From an uncultured Gammaproteobacteria bacterium (GTDB taxonomy: Bacteria; Pseudomonadota; Gammaproteobacteria; CAWJPQ01): 64,000 nucleotides of DNA. This document shows positions 39,197 to 50,413 of the stretch, in pieces. The stretch lies in assembly GCA_963844825.1 (NCBI GenBank), contig CAWJPQ010000002.1, forward strand, positions 202,322 to 266,321, in the 5' to 3' direction. The notes beneath the pieces are model-generated. The model ran no database searches. It saw only the letters and a list, made by a program, of their open reading frames with translations, and was not told the origin of the DNA. How positions within the stretch are numbered: position 1 is the first letter of the stretch; every line of letters starts with the position of its first letter. A program made the position numbers and the translations under genes.

Positions 39197-39616
39197 CTAC
39201 TGTTTGCCGGCGTCGACGGTAGCGACCCAGGAGCCGGGGGCATTGAAGCCGGTTGTATTACCCTTCAGGCCGTTGCCGCCTTTGGTGTACTGACCCTTGT
39301 AGTGCTGGACCTTCCCGGTATTCTTGCCCGCCAGATGGCGCACCAGAACGATCTCGCCCCCTTTGGTGATATGGCCGTCTATCTTGTTGGTCTTGCCGGA
39401 GACATTGGGGTTGCCGGACGAGTCGTGGGCATCCCAGTTGGAGATACCGGTCACTTTGCCGTCGTCGGAAATGTTGACATGCCAGGTGGCCTTGATCTCC
39501 GTCAGCCAAGGGGCCGGCCAATAGGTCAGTTTCCAAGTCTCTTCCCGTCCGAACGCCTGATAACTCGCCGAGGCCAAAACCACCCCGACTAAAACCGCCT
39601 TGGTCCACTGCCGCAT
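39197..39616 (-). CDS. Secreted hypothetical protein (139 aa)
   Basis: Signal peptide MRQWTKAVLVGVVLASASYQAFG and a Gly/Lys/Thr-rich mature part. I recognise no motif. Confidence 0.55.
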   Translation of the reverse strand: MRQWTKAVLVGVVLASASYQAFGREETWKLTYWPAPWLTEIKATWHVNISDDGKVTGISNWDAHDSSGNPNVSGKTNKIDGHITKGGEIVLVRHLAGKNTGKVQHYKGQYTKGGNGLKGNTTGFNAPGSWVATVDAGKQ

Positions 39617-40027
39617 CAGTCTTTCCTCCTATCGCTTGGTTTTACCGAAAATACGCCTTTGTCAGGGGCAGGTTTTACCACAAATCGGCGGCCGAGGAAA
39701 AACGGGCCCGGCCAAGGCCGCTTGCCGGCGCGCCCTATCGCACAATCGAGCAGGCGATCGGCGCAAACGGCATATCAGGCTTCAAGGGGTGACCCCGCGG
39801 TCTTGGACAATGAGGACACGGCTGTCGACATACGGCGGCGGGGAATGGGTACCCGCCGGCGGGTGCCGCATTCCTTCTCCCCCTTGGGGGATTTATGCCC
39901 TTTAGGGTAGAAGGTTAGGATGAGGGGGCGAATGGATTGGCTGCAGACCCATCAACCCCCTCACCCCGCCCCTCTCTCCAAAGGGGAGAGGGGGCTAAAG
40001 CCGCCTGAGCGGCATAACCCTTCCGGA

Positions 40028-40462
40028 TCACACCCGGCTCTGCACCCACGCCACAATGTCCCCCTCCCCCATGGCGCCCGCCTGGCGGGCCACCTCTCGA
40101 CCGCCCTGGAACAGGGCCATGGTGGGGATGCTGCGAATGGCCATTTGGGCGCCGAGCCCCTGCTGCGCCTCGGTATCGACCTTGGCCAGGCGCACCCGCG
40201 GCTCGAGCCGGCCCGCGGCCTTGGCGAAGTGGGGCGCCATCGTCCTGCAGGGACCGCACCAGGGGGCCCAAAAGTCCACCAGCACCGGGATATCGCTGCG
40301 GGTGATGTGCTGCTGGAAGTTGGCCGCGGTCAGCGTCAGGGGCTCGGCCGTGAACAGGGCCTGGTGGCACTTGCCGCACTTGGGCCTTTCGCCGAGGCGC
40401 GCGGCGGGGATGCGGTTGACCGCATCACAGTGCGGGCAGACGATGTGCAGTGATTCGCTCAT
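40028..40462 (-). CDS. trxC: Thioredoxin 2 (zinc-finger thioredoxin)
   Basis: N-terminal CPHC...CGKC zinc finger plus the FWAPWCGPC active site. 144 aa. Confidence 0.9.
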   Translation of the reverse strand: MSESLHIVCPHCDAVNRIPAARLGERPKCGKCHQALFTAEPLTLTAANFQQHITRSDIPVLVDFWAPWCGPCRTMAPHFAKAAGRLEPRVRLAKVDTEAQQGLGAQMAIRSIPTMALFQGGREVARQAGAMGEGDIVAWVQSRV

Positions 40463-40557
40463 GGTCCTCTCTTTGCATCAATTGCAGCGGCCGCTGAAAT
40501 GACGGCGCAACGGAAAAGCGACGGCCGAACGCCGGCGCGATGAAAGGGGCACGTTCC

Positions 40558-40875
40558 TCACTCATCCAGGCGCTCCAGCCGTGCACGCAGGGCCTCGATC
40601 TCCTCGAGCAGGTCCAGTGCCAGGGCCGCCCCCGCCCAGTTGACGCCCAGGTCACGGCGCAGCTGCACCGCGCGGCGCACCCGGCGCACGCTGGTCCCCC
40701 GGAACCGCCAGTGGACGCGGGTGCGCCCGACGGGTTCGATGATCCCCTCCTCCACCAGTTCAAACACCTGTTCGGCGGGCAGGCGCGAGACCCGGCACAG
40801 CTGCACCAGGGTCAGCTCCACCTCCTCTTCGACCACCTCGCCCGACAGCAGGGGCGGTTGTTCGTTGTCGGTCAT
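40558..40875 (-). CDS. cbpM: Chaperone modulator CbpM (MerR-like)
   Basis: 105 aa immediately downstream of cbpA. LTLVQLCRVSRLPAEQVFELVEEGIIEPVG and LRRDLGVNWAGAALALDLLEEIEALR fit CbpM. Confidence 0.7.
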   Translation of the reverse strand: MTDNEQPPLLSGEVVEEEVELTLVQLCRVSRLPAEQVFELVEEGIIEPVGRTRVHWRFRGTSVRRVRRAVQLRRDLGVNWAGAALALDLLEEIEALRARLERLDE

Positions 40876-40878
40876 CGT

Positions 40879-41826
40879 TCAGACTCCCAGGCGTGCGCGC
40901 GGATTGAAATTGAGCGTACGGGCCATCTCCCGATAGGCCTCCTTGGCGGCCTCGCTGTCCGCCGCCGGCAAGGCGATGCTCAGCACCACGTAAAGATCAC
41001 CGGGCTGATCGCCGGGGATGCCGCGCCCCTTCAGGCGCAGCTTGCGGCCCGCGGCCGAGCCGGGCGGCACCTTCAGGTCCACCGCGCCGGTGGGGGTCGG
41101 CGCCTTCACGGTGGCGCCCAAGGCGGCCTCCCAGGGCGCGACGGGCAGATCCAGGTACACGTCCCGGCCCTCGACCTTGTACAAGGGGTGGGGGCGAAAC
41201 GCCACCTCCAGATAGAGATCGCCCGCCCCTCCCTTGCCGAGACCGGAGCCGCCCTGACCCGCCAGCCGGATGTGCTGGCCCTGACGCACGCCCTTGGGGA
41301 TGCGCACATTCAGGGTGCGCTCCTTGAGATGGGGCCGGCCGTCGGCGCCCAGCTCGCTGTGGCGCAGGGTCAGGGTGCGGGTGGCGCCATGGTAGGCATC
41401 GTCCACGTCGATGAGCACCTTGGCATGAGTGTCCTCGCCCCGGGCGTGGACCCCGGCACGTGCGCGCGCGCCCTGGGCGAAGCCCGCCTGGCCGAACAGG
41501 GACTCGAAGAAATCGCTGAAGCCGAAGGCGTCGGCTTCGGTGTAGCCGCCGCCGTGGAACTCGAACCCCTGATCCCAGCCGGGCGGCGGGCGAAAGTCCT
41601 GACCCGCCTTCCAGTCGGCGCCCAGCTGATCATAAGCGGCGCGCTTTTCCGGGTCCTTGAGCACTTCATAAGCCTCGCCGAGCTCCTTGAAGCGCGCCTC
41701 GGCCTCGGGCTCCTTGCTGACGTCGGGGTGAAACTTGCGCGCCAGCTTGCGGTAGGCCCGCTTGATCTCGTCCTGGGTGGCGTCGCGGGCGACGCCCATG
41801 ATTTGATAATAGTCTTTGTATTCCAC
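40879..41826 (-). CDS. cbpA: Curved-DNA-binding protein CbpA (DnaJ homologue lacking the zinc finger)
   Basis: J domain [33 protein letters not shown] and DnaJ C-terminal domains. 315 aa, with no CxxCxGxG repeats. Confidence 0.85.
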   Translation of the reverse strand: MEYKDYYQIMGVARDATQDEIKRAYRKLARKFHPDVSKEPEAEARFKELGEAYEVLKDPEKRAAYDQLGADWKAGQDFRPPPGWDQGFEFHGGGYTEADAFGFSDFFESLFGQAGFAQGARARAGVHARGEDTHAKVLIDVDDAYHGATRTLTLRHSELGADGRPHLKERTLNVRIPKGVRQGQHIRLAGQGGSGLGKGGAGDLYLEVAFRPHPLYKVEGRDVYLDLPVAPWEAALGATVKAPTPTGAVDLKVPPGSAAGRKLRLKGRGIPGDQPGDLYVVLSIALPAADSEAAKEAYREMARTLNFNPRARLGV

Positions 41827-42382
41827 TTTCCGCTATTCGACCTTGAGGGTGCGTCGTCTGGTCCTGTGCGCCTTGGACAGCATCAGCGCCGGGACCCCAT
41901 CCTAACGGGAGTGAGGAGGCAGGCGGCCTCCTGCCCCTTACCGATTTCTGGTGCCTGCACCTGATTTACCTGTTCATCAGCCATGACGTCCACTTCCAGT
42001 TACCTATGCTGAGCCGGGACCGGGACTTTGGCCCATCTATATGGAAACACCTAACAAAAATCAAGCCCGCCCCCCTTACCGGCCGTCCGCTCATGATGTA
42101 TGCATGGAAATTATACATTGGCGGACGGCCGGGGAATTGACCGGCATCAAAGTGTGCCGCCTCAAATACCCCGAAACCGGTTCATGCATAAGACGACGAT
42201 CATGGACGCGGACCCCGCGGCCGCCCAGACGGCGGGAGACAGGCGTCACACAATCTGAAAAGACCGCACAGTATCCGCCCTATTCGCGGCATATTTCTCA
42301 GTTTCCCAAGTGTAAGGCGGATATATTCCGTCCTGCCCAGGCAAGAGCCCCCGGTCATTCCCCAAGGTTGAGGTGAACATCA

Positions 42383-43588
42383 ATGATGGAGCTACGCGAA
42401 AGACTCCCGGTACTGGACACGCTGCTCGGTGAATCCGATCTTCGCGGCGCATTGCGCCGCGGCATCATCAATCTATCCGATCGGCATCCGCGCACCTGGA
42501 TGGCGTTCACCGTCATGGTCGCCGGCGCCGGGTACGCCTTGGTCCTGCTGTTCCCCTATTTTCTTGTTTCAACAGGCAGACTCGTATACCCGGTGCTGAT
42601 GTCCGGCCAAGTGCCCCAGGACTGGCCGCTGTTCGTCTCCCAGGTCTGCTCGCTGTTGATCAGCGCCGCCTTTACCTATACCCTGCTTACCATGCGCTTT
42701 GCGCCCCCCGGCCGGGTGCTGACCAGTGCAGAGGCGCCCCTCCTGTTCGGGCTGGTAGAGCGCCTTCGCCAGGCCTGGGGCAACCCGCGCATCCATCAGC
42801 TGATACTGGACGATGGAGACGATGTGCGCATCGTGAAGATACCGCGCACCGGCCTTCCCTTCTTCAGCACCACCGCGCTGGTTATCGGCCTGCCACTTCT
42901 GAAGACCCTGTCGGCGCGCCATCTGCGGGTGCTCCTGGCGCGGCGCATCGGCGAGCTGTCCCTACGGCACAACCTTGTCGGCACACGACTGTGCCTGCTC
43001 AATGGCATATGGCTGCAGTACGGCGAGCACCGCGGGAAAGGCCCGCTGCCCGCCAGGATGATCGGGCACTTCTTCGCCCTCTACGCGCCCCTGTACAGCA
43101 CACTGACACTTGGAATCCGCCGCAGGGAGGAGATGAACGCCGACCGCCATGTTCTCGACATCATCAACGACCAGGATATCGTGGAGGCCATTTCACTTCA
43201 CGCGGTAAGCCAAGACTTTCTCGCGACCACATACTGGCCGACCATTGGACGTATGGCCAATAATGAAGGCGGCCCGGCCGTCCTGCCCTACGAGCAGATG
43301 ACGACAGTCATGCGCAAGAGCATGAGCACCGAGCCCCCGGATGCCGTGATACACCGGCTCTTTCTGTTCAGTGAAGATGACCCGTACAGCGACATCCCCG
43401 TACTCAGGGACCGCCTGGACAATCTCGGCTACAGCGCTCCCATTCCGGTAGGGTCGCTGCACGAAACGGCCGAAAAGCTCGTGCGAAGCGAGTCACTCGC
43501 CGGCATCGTCGAGGCCTTTCACGAAAGGTGGATCAACAGGTCCGTCGCTGCGGGACTCGGGGAGACGTCAAATGGTCGACGCACTTGA
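42383..43588 (+). CDS. Hypothetical membrane protein (401 aa)
   Basis: Long ORF with two or three N-terminal TM helices. The layout is loosely M48-peptidase-like, but no HExxH motif is visible. Confidence 0.5.
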   Translation: MMELRERLPVLDTLLGESDLRGALRRGIINLSDRHPRTWMAFTVMVAGAGYALVLLFPYFLVSTGRLVYPVLMSGQVPQDWPLFVSQVCSLLISAAFTYTLLTMRFAPPGRVLTSAEAPLLFGLVERLRQAWGNPRIHQLILDDGDDVRIVKIPRTGLPFFSTTALVIGLPLLKTLSARHLRVLLARRIGELSLRHNLVGTRLCLLNGIWLQYGEHRGKGPLPARMIGHFFALYAPLYSTLTLGIRRREEMNADRHVLDIINDQDIVEAISLHAVSQDFLATTYWPTIGRMANNEGGPAVLPYEQMTTVMRKSMSTEPPDAVIHRLFLFSEDDPYSDIPVLRDRLDNLGYSAPIPVGSLHETAEKLVRSESLAGIVEAFHERWINRSVAAGLGETSNGRRT

Positions 43589-43634
43589 AAGTCACACAGC
43601 ACCAGCACTGAACTTCCACAATGACCGCCGCCCG

Positions 43635-44129
43635 TCACGGCAGGACGTCCCATCGGCGAATGACCGCCGCCTGGCCGCGATGGCGGCATTCGCCGTCGAT
43701 AAGGTTCCACAAGGTGGCCCCGCGAATCATGAACCGGCGGCCGGTTTTAGAAATGCGCACCCCGGAGTAATTGTCTGTATACCCCTCACTGCTCACCCGG
43801 GCCAGGAGGCGGTTCCGGTCCTCTTGATCTTCAGGCTCCGCGGATAACCGCGAGGGCAGTGCCGTGAATTCATGCCAGTCCATCTCGAACAGGTCCAGGG
43901 CCAGGCGGTTGCCGTAGGTAAAGACCGGGTCTCCGTGGGCGCTGTGGGAGACCACCGCGAACGGCGCCTCGTACAGCGCCCGCACCGCCGCCGCGGTATC
44001 GAGCACCGGCGCCACCAGGTCCTGGCCCGCCCAATGACGGTAACTGGCGCGCAGCAGGGCGGTATGGGTGAACAGGAACGGTGAGTCGAGATCCGGCATA
44101 GGGGCACCACCCTTGACAGGACCAACCAT
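43635..44129 (-). CDS. MEKHLA domain protein
   Basis: LLRASYRHWAGQDLV...AVVSHSAHGDPVFTYGNRLALDLFEMDWHEFTALPSRLSAEP...GYTDNYSGVRISKTGRRFMIRGATLWNL matches the MEKHLA (PAS-like) family pattern. Confidence 0.75.
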   Translation of the reverse strand: MVGPVKGGAPMPDLDSPFLFTHTALLRASYRHWAGQDLVAPVLDTAAAVRALYEAPFAVVSHSAHGDPVFTYGNRLALDLFEMDWHEFTALPSRLSAEPEDQEDRNRLLARVSSEGYTDNYSGVRISKTGRRFMIRGATLWNLIDGECRHRGQAAVIRRWDVLP

Positions 44130-44365
44130 ATGGTCGGTGAGCGAGGCACCACTGCCTTAGTGCATCCCCGCATAAACCCTTTATACACCAATATGCCCGA
44201 GGAAAAAAAGAGGCGGGTGTCCTGTCAATCCCCTCCGGTTGACCATCAGCCCCTTGATTTTCCGGCCATTGACCGCAGGACGGCTGACGATCACGCCCCG
44301 GCGAAAATCACAGAACGCCTATGGAGTATGCGCTTGTTAGTTGTTGCCCACCCGGGGGACGCGCG

Positions 44366-45196
44366 CTAGCGAAACGGCTTGATCAGTTCGCGGACGATAT
44401 CGTATGCCGCGTCGCTGGCAGGGGCAAAACCCGTATAGTTATCGTCGAGGGCATGGATGACGGCCAGGTGTTTCGGATCCCGGCTGTTCAGATTCAGAAA
44501 CAGCGCCTTGAGCCTGTCATACATCTGCGGCGACACGCGCTTGCTGACGGCAACATTGTAGGGCGGGAACGCGGGCGAGGCATAGAGAATGCGTATGCCC
44601 TTGCCCTCCCACATATACGCCATGGTGTCCTTGACGATGCCGGCGTCGAAGTCGCCATGGAGAACCGCGCGCACGATGTTGTCATAGTGGCCAATGAACT
44701 TATAACTCTTGAACTCATCCAGTCTGATGCCCGCATTGACCACGGTCGCTCGCTGCAGCAATGCCGCCCGGTCGCCGAACGCAAAGGTCTTTCCCTTCAG
44801 ATCCGCGACAGATTTGATGGGGCTGTTGTCCTTGACCACGATCATCAGTTGGAACGAGCCCCTGCCGTCCGTTACGGTCTTCGCCAACAGGCGGGCACCG
44901 CCTTGCGCATGGGCCCTGATATACGCGACGGGGGTGAGATAGGCCAGGTCGACGGCCCCGGTGGAGATATCCTGAATGGCCTTATCCATATTGGGGTCCA
45001 GCCTGAGCGTCACGGGCCGACCGACCCCCGCACTCAGATACTTGATTAAGGGGTGCAACCGCGAGTACATCACGGCGGGGATATCCATGGCCACGGATCC
45101 GAAGAACAACTCGGCCTTGTTCCCTGCCGCTCCAAGCGCCGGCCAGAGCATCATCAGCGCCACGACGATACGGGCCCATGGGCTCGCTCTTTTCAT
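44366..45196 (-). CDS. PhnD-like periplasmic substrate-binding protein (phosphate/phosphonate ABC-type SBP fold)
   Basis: Signal peptide from ATG 45196. FGSVAMDIPAVMYSRLHPLIKYLSAGVGRPVTLRL...GAVDLAYLTPVAYI is typical of the PhnD family. No ABC permease or ATPase is adjacent. Confidence 0.6.
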   Translation of the reverse strand: MKRASPWARIVVALMMLWPALGAAGNKAELFFGSVAMDIPAVMYSRLHPLIKYLSAGVGRPVTLRLDPNMDKAIQDISTGAVDLAYLTPVAYIRAHAQGGARLLAKTVTDGRGSFQLMIVVKDNSPIKSVADLKGKTFAFGDRAALLQRATVVNAGIRLDEFKSYKFIGHYDNIVRAVLHGDFDAGIVKDTMAYMWEGKGIRILYASPAFPPYNVAVSKRVSPQMYDRLKALFLNLNSRDPKHLAVIHALDDNYTGFAPASDAAYDIVRELIKPFR

Positions 45197-45224
45197 TCCG
45201 CCGGGACGACCGTATGCCAACGCC

Positions 45225-46534
45225 CTAGGCCGGGACCGTGGCACGGCTTGCGTAATGGGTTACGCGGTTGCGCCCCTCGCCTTTGCTTTGATACAGCGCG
45301 ATGTCGGCATAGCGGTAGAAATCCTTCACCGCACTTGTTGCGCAACTGTCGGGAATAGTCGCCGCGCCGATACTGATGGATACATTGACCGTGTCGCTGC
45401 AAAGGTTGAACTCGGCCTCCGACAACGGCCAGGCGCAGCTTTTCCGCGAGACTGATCGCCTCGTCCCTGGTTTGTATTCTTGCACAACGCCACAAACTCC
45501 TCTCCGCCCAGACGGCATAAGGTGTCGGAGACGCGCATCACGCCTTTCAAGCGGCCCGCGACTTCCTCGAGCACTCTGTCACCTGCGTGGTGTCCATAGG
45601 TATCGTTGACCTTCTTAAAGTAATCGATGTCGATGAGCAGCAGGCTGGTTGGGTTGCCGTGGCGCACGGACGCAGCCATCTCCGCCTCCACCATGGACTC
45701 AAAGAACCGGCGGTTGTACAGGCCGGTCAGCGGATCGGTAATCGACAAATGCTTGAGTTCCTCATTGAGTCTCTGCAGTTCGTCGGATTGTTGCGTCAAC
45801 ATCCGGTTTTTCAGCTGCAGCTGCTTGTCGGCACTGACCACCCTTTTGCGCAGCCGGCCGTTGGCGTCATTCAGCTGTCTTCCGAGGGTGTTGAACTGGC
45901 GCGCCAAGTCGCCGAACTCATCATTGGAGATCACCGGCAACTCACCAACGGTCTCCCCGCTTGTAATGAAGCCTTTGCCCAGGGCCTCCGACATGACCCG
46001 CACCGGCCTGATGATAAGATACGACAAGGCCATGAACTCGCAGACGGCGATCATCAGGATAATCGAGGCTTCGCGCTCCATCAGGTGCAGTTTCTGAGAT
46101 GCAAGCCGCTTCAGGGTGGTGGCCGGGCTGATGCCGGTGGTCAGATGCCCGACAATATCGTTGTCCACGATGATGTCTTTGTGAAAAGCCAGAAGGTGGG
46201 GGTCGCCCGCCTGTTTAAGGGTGCCGGCTGCGGCCATCGTGCTCCCCTTGGCATTGACGACTTTGGCATAGGCGACGATCTGGGAACTGGTCATCTGGTC
46301 GAGGAGCAGCTGGATAGTATGGTAGTCATAACCGACCACGCTGTAGGCCAATGACTTGGCCATGAATTCGGTGATCTCGGATCCGTGCTTGTGGATTTCC
46401 TTCACGGCATCCCGCTCTTCCTGTTCCATTGCCAGCCAGGCACTGATAGTCAAGGCGCTGAGCAACACCGTGACGAGTATCAGGACCACTTTCTGCCGGA
46501 TACCAAACTGGAATATCTGATTCTTTGAGTGCAT
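45225..46534 (-). CDS. Membrane sensor diguanylate cyclase (periplasmic domain-HAMP-GGDEF); two frameshifts in the GGDEF domain as sequenced
   Basis: A TM helix, a periplasmic region, a second TM and a HAMP domain are followed by LTGLYNRRFF...RLGGEEF. The remainder of the domain continues in two other frames (IQTRDEAISLAEKLRLAV, then VSISIGAATIP...ADIALYQSKGEGRNRV). Confidence 0.7.
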
Positions 46535-47267
46535 GGCCGCGGGCGATGTTATCCATATGATTCCCTCTTTGCACGCACGGCTAGCGCAGCCAGTGGGGGC
46601 ACCCACAGGAATATATGATTTTTGTCCCTATTATAGCGGTATGCGGGCCCATTTCTTGAGAGGCGGCGCCGAGCGGTTACCTCGATGACGCGGCGGAGGC
46701 CTTGGAATCGGATCGATCAACAAGACCTGGACCTTCCGGTGGACGGGGCCGATGGCCGCGCCATGCGGCTCCGTGACCGAAACGAGGCAAACAACCCCGC
46801 GCCCACCTCAAGTTGAGGACGGCGCCCCGACGCAGCGCGTCTCTGAACGGCGTTCCCCGGATTGGCAGCATCCGCCTGGCTTAAACGAGGGACAACAGCG
46901 GACGAGCCTTCCAAAACCGTTGACACAACTGGCGCGCCCGAGGCGATAAAACTGGGCACTGGACGGACCGTTTTTTCCTCGCTTGAGGGGCAGAAAACCA
47001 CGAATATCCGTAATCACACAACAACCTTGCGCAGCGTGAAGATTAATTAATCGCACGGGCCCCTTGTGCTAGGTCATTCTCAATAAACATGTATCTCGTA
47101 TGTTTCTTTTATTCATCACATTCGGCGATCTCTCTCGCCAAAGGAATTAAAAAGGCGTACAGTTGGTGAGGACATTCGGGATTTCTCAAGACATAACGCC
47201 GTCGAAACTCTCGCGTTACGCATTATCCGAGTGCCATTCGCTTAATCAACGACAGGAGAGAGAAGCC

Positions 47268-47420
47268 ATGAAAGATTCTCAAGCCAGTTCGCGCCACTGG
47301 AACGACAACCCCGTAAAGCAAGCTGGTCAGATCGACAGTGATCTGCAAGGCTGGATGGCCTTCCTGCTGATAGTAGTGCTGGGTGCAGTAGTGATACTTT
47401 GGGGCTTGGCTCATTCCTGA
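47268..47420 (+). CDS. Small membrane protein (50 aa), hypothetical
   Basis: ATG 47268 lies 7 nt after GGAGAGAGAAG. There is a C-terminal TM helix WMAFLLIVVLGAVVILWGL. Confidence 0.3.
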   Translation: MKDSQASSRHWNDNPVKQAGQIDSDLQGWMAFLLIVVLGAVVILWGLAHS

Positions 47421-47829
47421 ATAGGGTTTCCCTGCGCACGTTGGGATTGACCCGTGCACCAGGATTGGGATGGATGCCTGGTGATGGCCGGTTTCGATCC
47501 CTCACCGACAGGCTGCTCGCGACCCGAAGCAGGCGTTTATGCCACAGGCGCCCTCTAGTGATCGTTGATATCAAGGGCGGCCAGGTTATTGACACCACTG
47601 TCCGGGTATCGGTATCTCATGGAAGGCTGTCGGTGGGGGGTCGTTTCCGAGGACGACGCTTTGAGAGGCACAGAACAGTTGACTTGCGGCCCTGCCAATT
47701 GAACAGGCGGAACAGGGAACCCTTCTGCCCGTTGGTGCCACAAAACGCCTGCAGCAGAAGTGCACCGGCCGCAGTACTATAAAGCAGTACTATTTTTAGA
47801 AACCACCCAGGTACAGGGTGCCTCAGGAT

Positions 47830-48222
47830 TCAGTGTCCTGCGCCAACCACGCTGGAGATGTTGATCGTGGACGCCTGCGCACTGGCACTCCACAGCAGGG
47901 CGTTGATGCTGGCGGTCACGTATGCCTGAACGCCGGAATTCGCACCCGACTGATCGTTGGCGCCCTTATGGTTGCTGCCGTCAGTTGAGTGGTCGCCATT
48001 CCATTGGTGGGAACCGACCTGTATACTACCCGCGTCATCGCCGCCGTTACCCATTTCACTGATCAGGCTGCTGTTGCCAGTGATGGTGCTGATGTTGTTA
48101 CCGTTACCGGTAATGCCGTTAAGGGCGCTGTCACCAAGGCTTTGTTTTGCAGCGTAGACCGGGGCAACCATCAGCACGGCCAGAGCACCGGAAACGCCAA
48201 TCTTCCAGATCGCATTCATCAT
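47830..48222 (-). CDS. Secreted Gly/Asn/Ser-rich hypothetical protein (130 aa)
   Basis: Signal peptide MMNAIWKIGVSGALAVLMVAPVYA. The mature part is low-complexity (NGITGNGNNISTITGNSS, GDHSTDGSNHKGANDQSGANSG). It lies in an AT-richer patch. Confidence 0.55.
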   Translation of the reverse strand: MMNAIWKIGVSGALAVLMVAPVYAAKQSLGDSALNGITGNGNNISTITGNSSLISEMGNGGDDAGSIQVGSHQWNGDHSTDGSNHKGANDQSGANSGVQAYVTASINALLWSASAQASTINISSVVGAGH

Positions 48223-48770
48223 TATTTCCGTTCACATATTGCAGAGTCGATTTGTTTCCCAGAAAACCTTTAGCTAACAAATGGTTACTTTACCAGTATG
48301 CATCTATTCCTATTGAGGCAGACCGGTCCGTGTATCCAGAACTGTATCGACGGGTTTGAGCGGAACTGAAGCGTCGGCCACCAGCAAAAAAGATGTAGAG
48401 GATATTTCACATTTAGGAAGGCAAAGCTCGAATGGCCGCCTCTGGATGGAAAATGGCCATGCTATAAGATAAGATTTCCTGTCTATTCAATATTAGCCGT
48501 ATTAGCCGTGGGTATATACCAAATGAAATTGGCTATAACGATTGGCTTTGTAATATTTTTATTCATTGCCATAGGTTTTGTCCGCTACCTGATAAAGCTA
48601 AACCGTCGGGCGAAGAAGGAGCAAAGCGCTGTCGATCCGGCCAAGCTGCGCAAGTGGGACGACGATTGAGACGACCCTGACGTCAATTCTTCCAACCAAT
48701 CAGGCTGATTCCCATATCTCTCCACGCCCCTACGTCTGGCGCGGACCCGCACGCCTTCAGCCGACTTAAC

Positions 48771-50042
48771 CTACGCCGTCGCGCCGCTCGTCGCCCGAAT
48801 GACTCGGCCTACCGTCAAGCCCTGCACAAGGATCGAGAACACGACTACGAAGTAGGTCAGGGTCAGCACCAGACTGCGCGAGTGGTTGGCCGGCACCGAT
48901 AGCGCCATGGCCACAGAAATGCCTCCGCGCAATCCACCCCAGACGAGGACCGGTATCGCCCCTTTCGACTGCGCCGTCACCCGGCTGAGTAGTCCGATGA
49001 TTCCCGCGACACTCAACCCGCGCGCCGACAACACGATCGGTATCGCCAGGATCCCGGCCACCAGCCATCTACGTTCGATTGGCAGCACCAGAAGCTCCAG
49101 GCCGATCAATAGAAAGAGAATCACGTTGACAAGCTCGTCGACAATTTCCCAGAAGGCATCGACCTGCTCGCGCGTCTTCTGCGTCATGGCAAACGCCCTC
49201 CCCCGATTGCCCACCAACAGCCCCGCTACTACGACGGCGATCGGCGCGGATAGATCCCAGGCATCCGCCAAGGCATAGATCCCCATGGCCAGGGAAAGCG
49301 TGAGCAGCACCTCGACTTGGTAGTTGTCGACGCGCTTGAGCATCAGATAGGTAACGATTCCCGCCGCCAGCCCCACCACCAGGGCTCCGCCCACTTCCCG
49401 AAGCAACAGCATTCCCACCGCGCCCACCTCGATGGATGGGGGCGCCGCGGTTCCGCTGCCAGGCGCTCCACTCAAGCCAGCGAGCTGCAGCAAAACCAGA
49501 AACACCACAACACCCAATCCGTCATTGAACAACGACTCACCGGCCATTTGGACCTCCAGCTGGCGGGGCGCACCGACGGACTTCATGATTGCCATCACCG
49601 CGATGGGGTCTGTCGGCGAGATCAGAGCACCGAATAACAGCGCGTGCAGGAATGGAATTTTCAGTTCCAGCCACCCGAGCACAAGCCACGTTAACGCGCC
49701 CACCATACAGGTGGAGACGAGCGTGCCGAAAATAGCGAGCAATGAAATGGTCAGCCATTCCCGGCCGAGATCCTCAAGCTTCACATGTATCGCGCCGGCG
49801 AACAGCAGGAAGGCAAGCATGCCATGCAGTACCACTTGGTTGAAGTCGATCCGCGAGACCAATGTCGCTGCCTGTTCACGGAACCCCCCGGCGTAGGGAC
49901 CGATAAGGACCAGCGTAAGCGACCCGACCAGGGCCACCAGCATGACGCCGACAGTTGTCGGCAGCTTGATATAACGGTAATTAATATAGCTCGAGACCCC
50001 TGCGAGCGAGATCAGGATGCTGATCAGGGAAAAGAAGCTCAT
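48771..50042 (-). CDS. CPA1-family Na+/H+ (cation:proton) antiporter, NhaP type
   Basis: About 423 aa from ATG 50042 with 11-13 TM helices. ALLFGALISPTDPIAVMAI and GESLFNDGLGVVVF are the Na+/H+ exchanger signature blocks. Confidence 0.8.
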   Translation of the reverse strand: MSFFSLISILISLAGVSSYINYRYIKLPTTVGVMLVALVGSLTLVLIGPYAGGFREQAATLVSRIDFNQVVLHGMLAFLLFAGAIHVKLEDLGREWLTISLLAIFGTLVSTCMVGALTWLVLGWLELKIPFLHALLFGALISPTDPIAVMAIMKSVGAPRQLEVQMAGESLFNDGLGVVVFLVLLQLAGLSGAPGSGTAAPPSIEVGAVGMLLLREVGGALVVGLAAGIVTYLMLKRVDNYQVEVLLTLSLAMGIYALADAWDLSAPIAVVVAGLLVGNRGRAFAMTQKTREQVDAFWEIVDELVNVILFLLIGLELLVLPIERRWLVAGILAIPIVLSARGLSVAGIIGLLSRVTAQSKGAIPVLVWGGLRGGISVAMALSVPANHSRSLVLTLTYFVVVFSILVQGLTVGRVIRATSGATA

Positions 50043-50413
50043 CTCCCCTCCGGGAACTGTGCCGCGACCGTGATCGCAGGTGTTCACGATTCGCTTGCTG
50101 TTAAGGCCTAGGAAATCCAAAGGTTCACAACCGCCCATGCTTTATCCTTCTACGATTCCTATAACATTAGTTCCGGTACCCGTTCCGTATTTCCGGAAAG
50201 TCCTGCCATTGCCTGGCAATAGGCTGCTTACGTTCGATGCGCTTATCGCGCCAATGGCACTGCTTGGTATAGGCAGCACGTGGCTAAAGGACCGGCAATC
50301 GGTAAATGCTGATCTGGGATAAAAGAACACTATCCTGTTCATTGTTCATCATCGTGTCTAACGCCGTCGGGGCGTACCTCTTTTCTTGACCCCGCACGCG
50401 CAGCTCCTTATGA

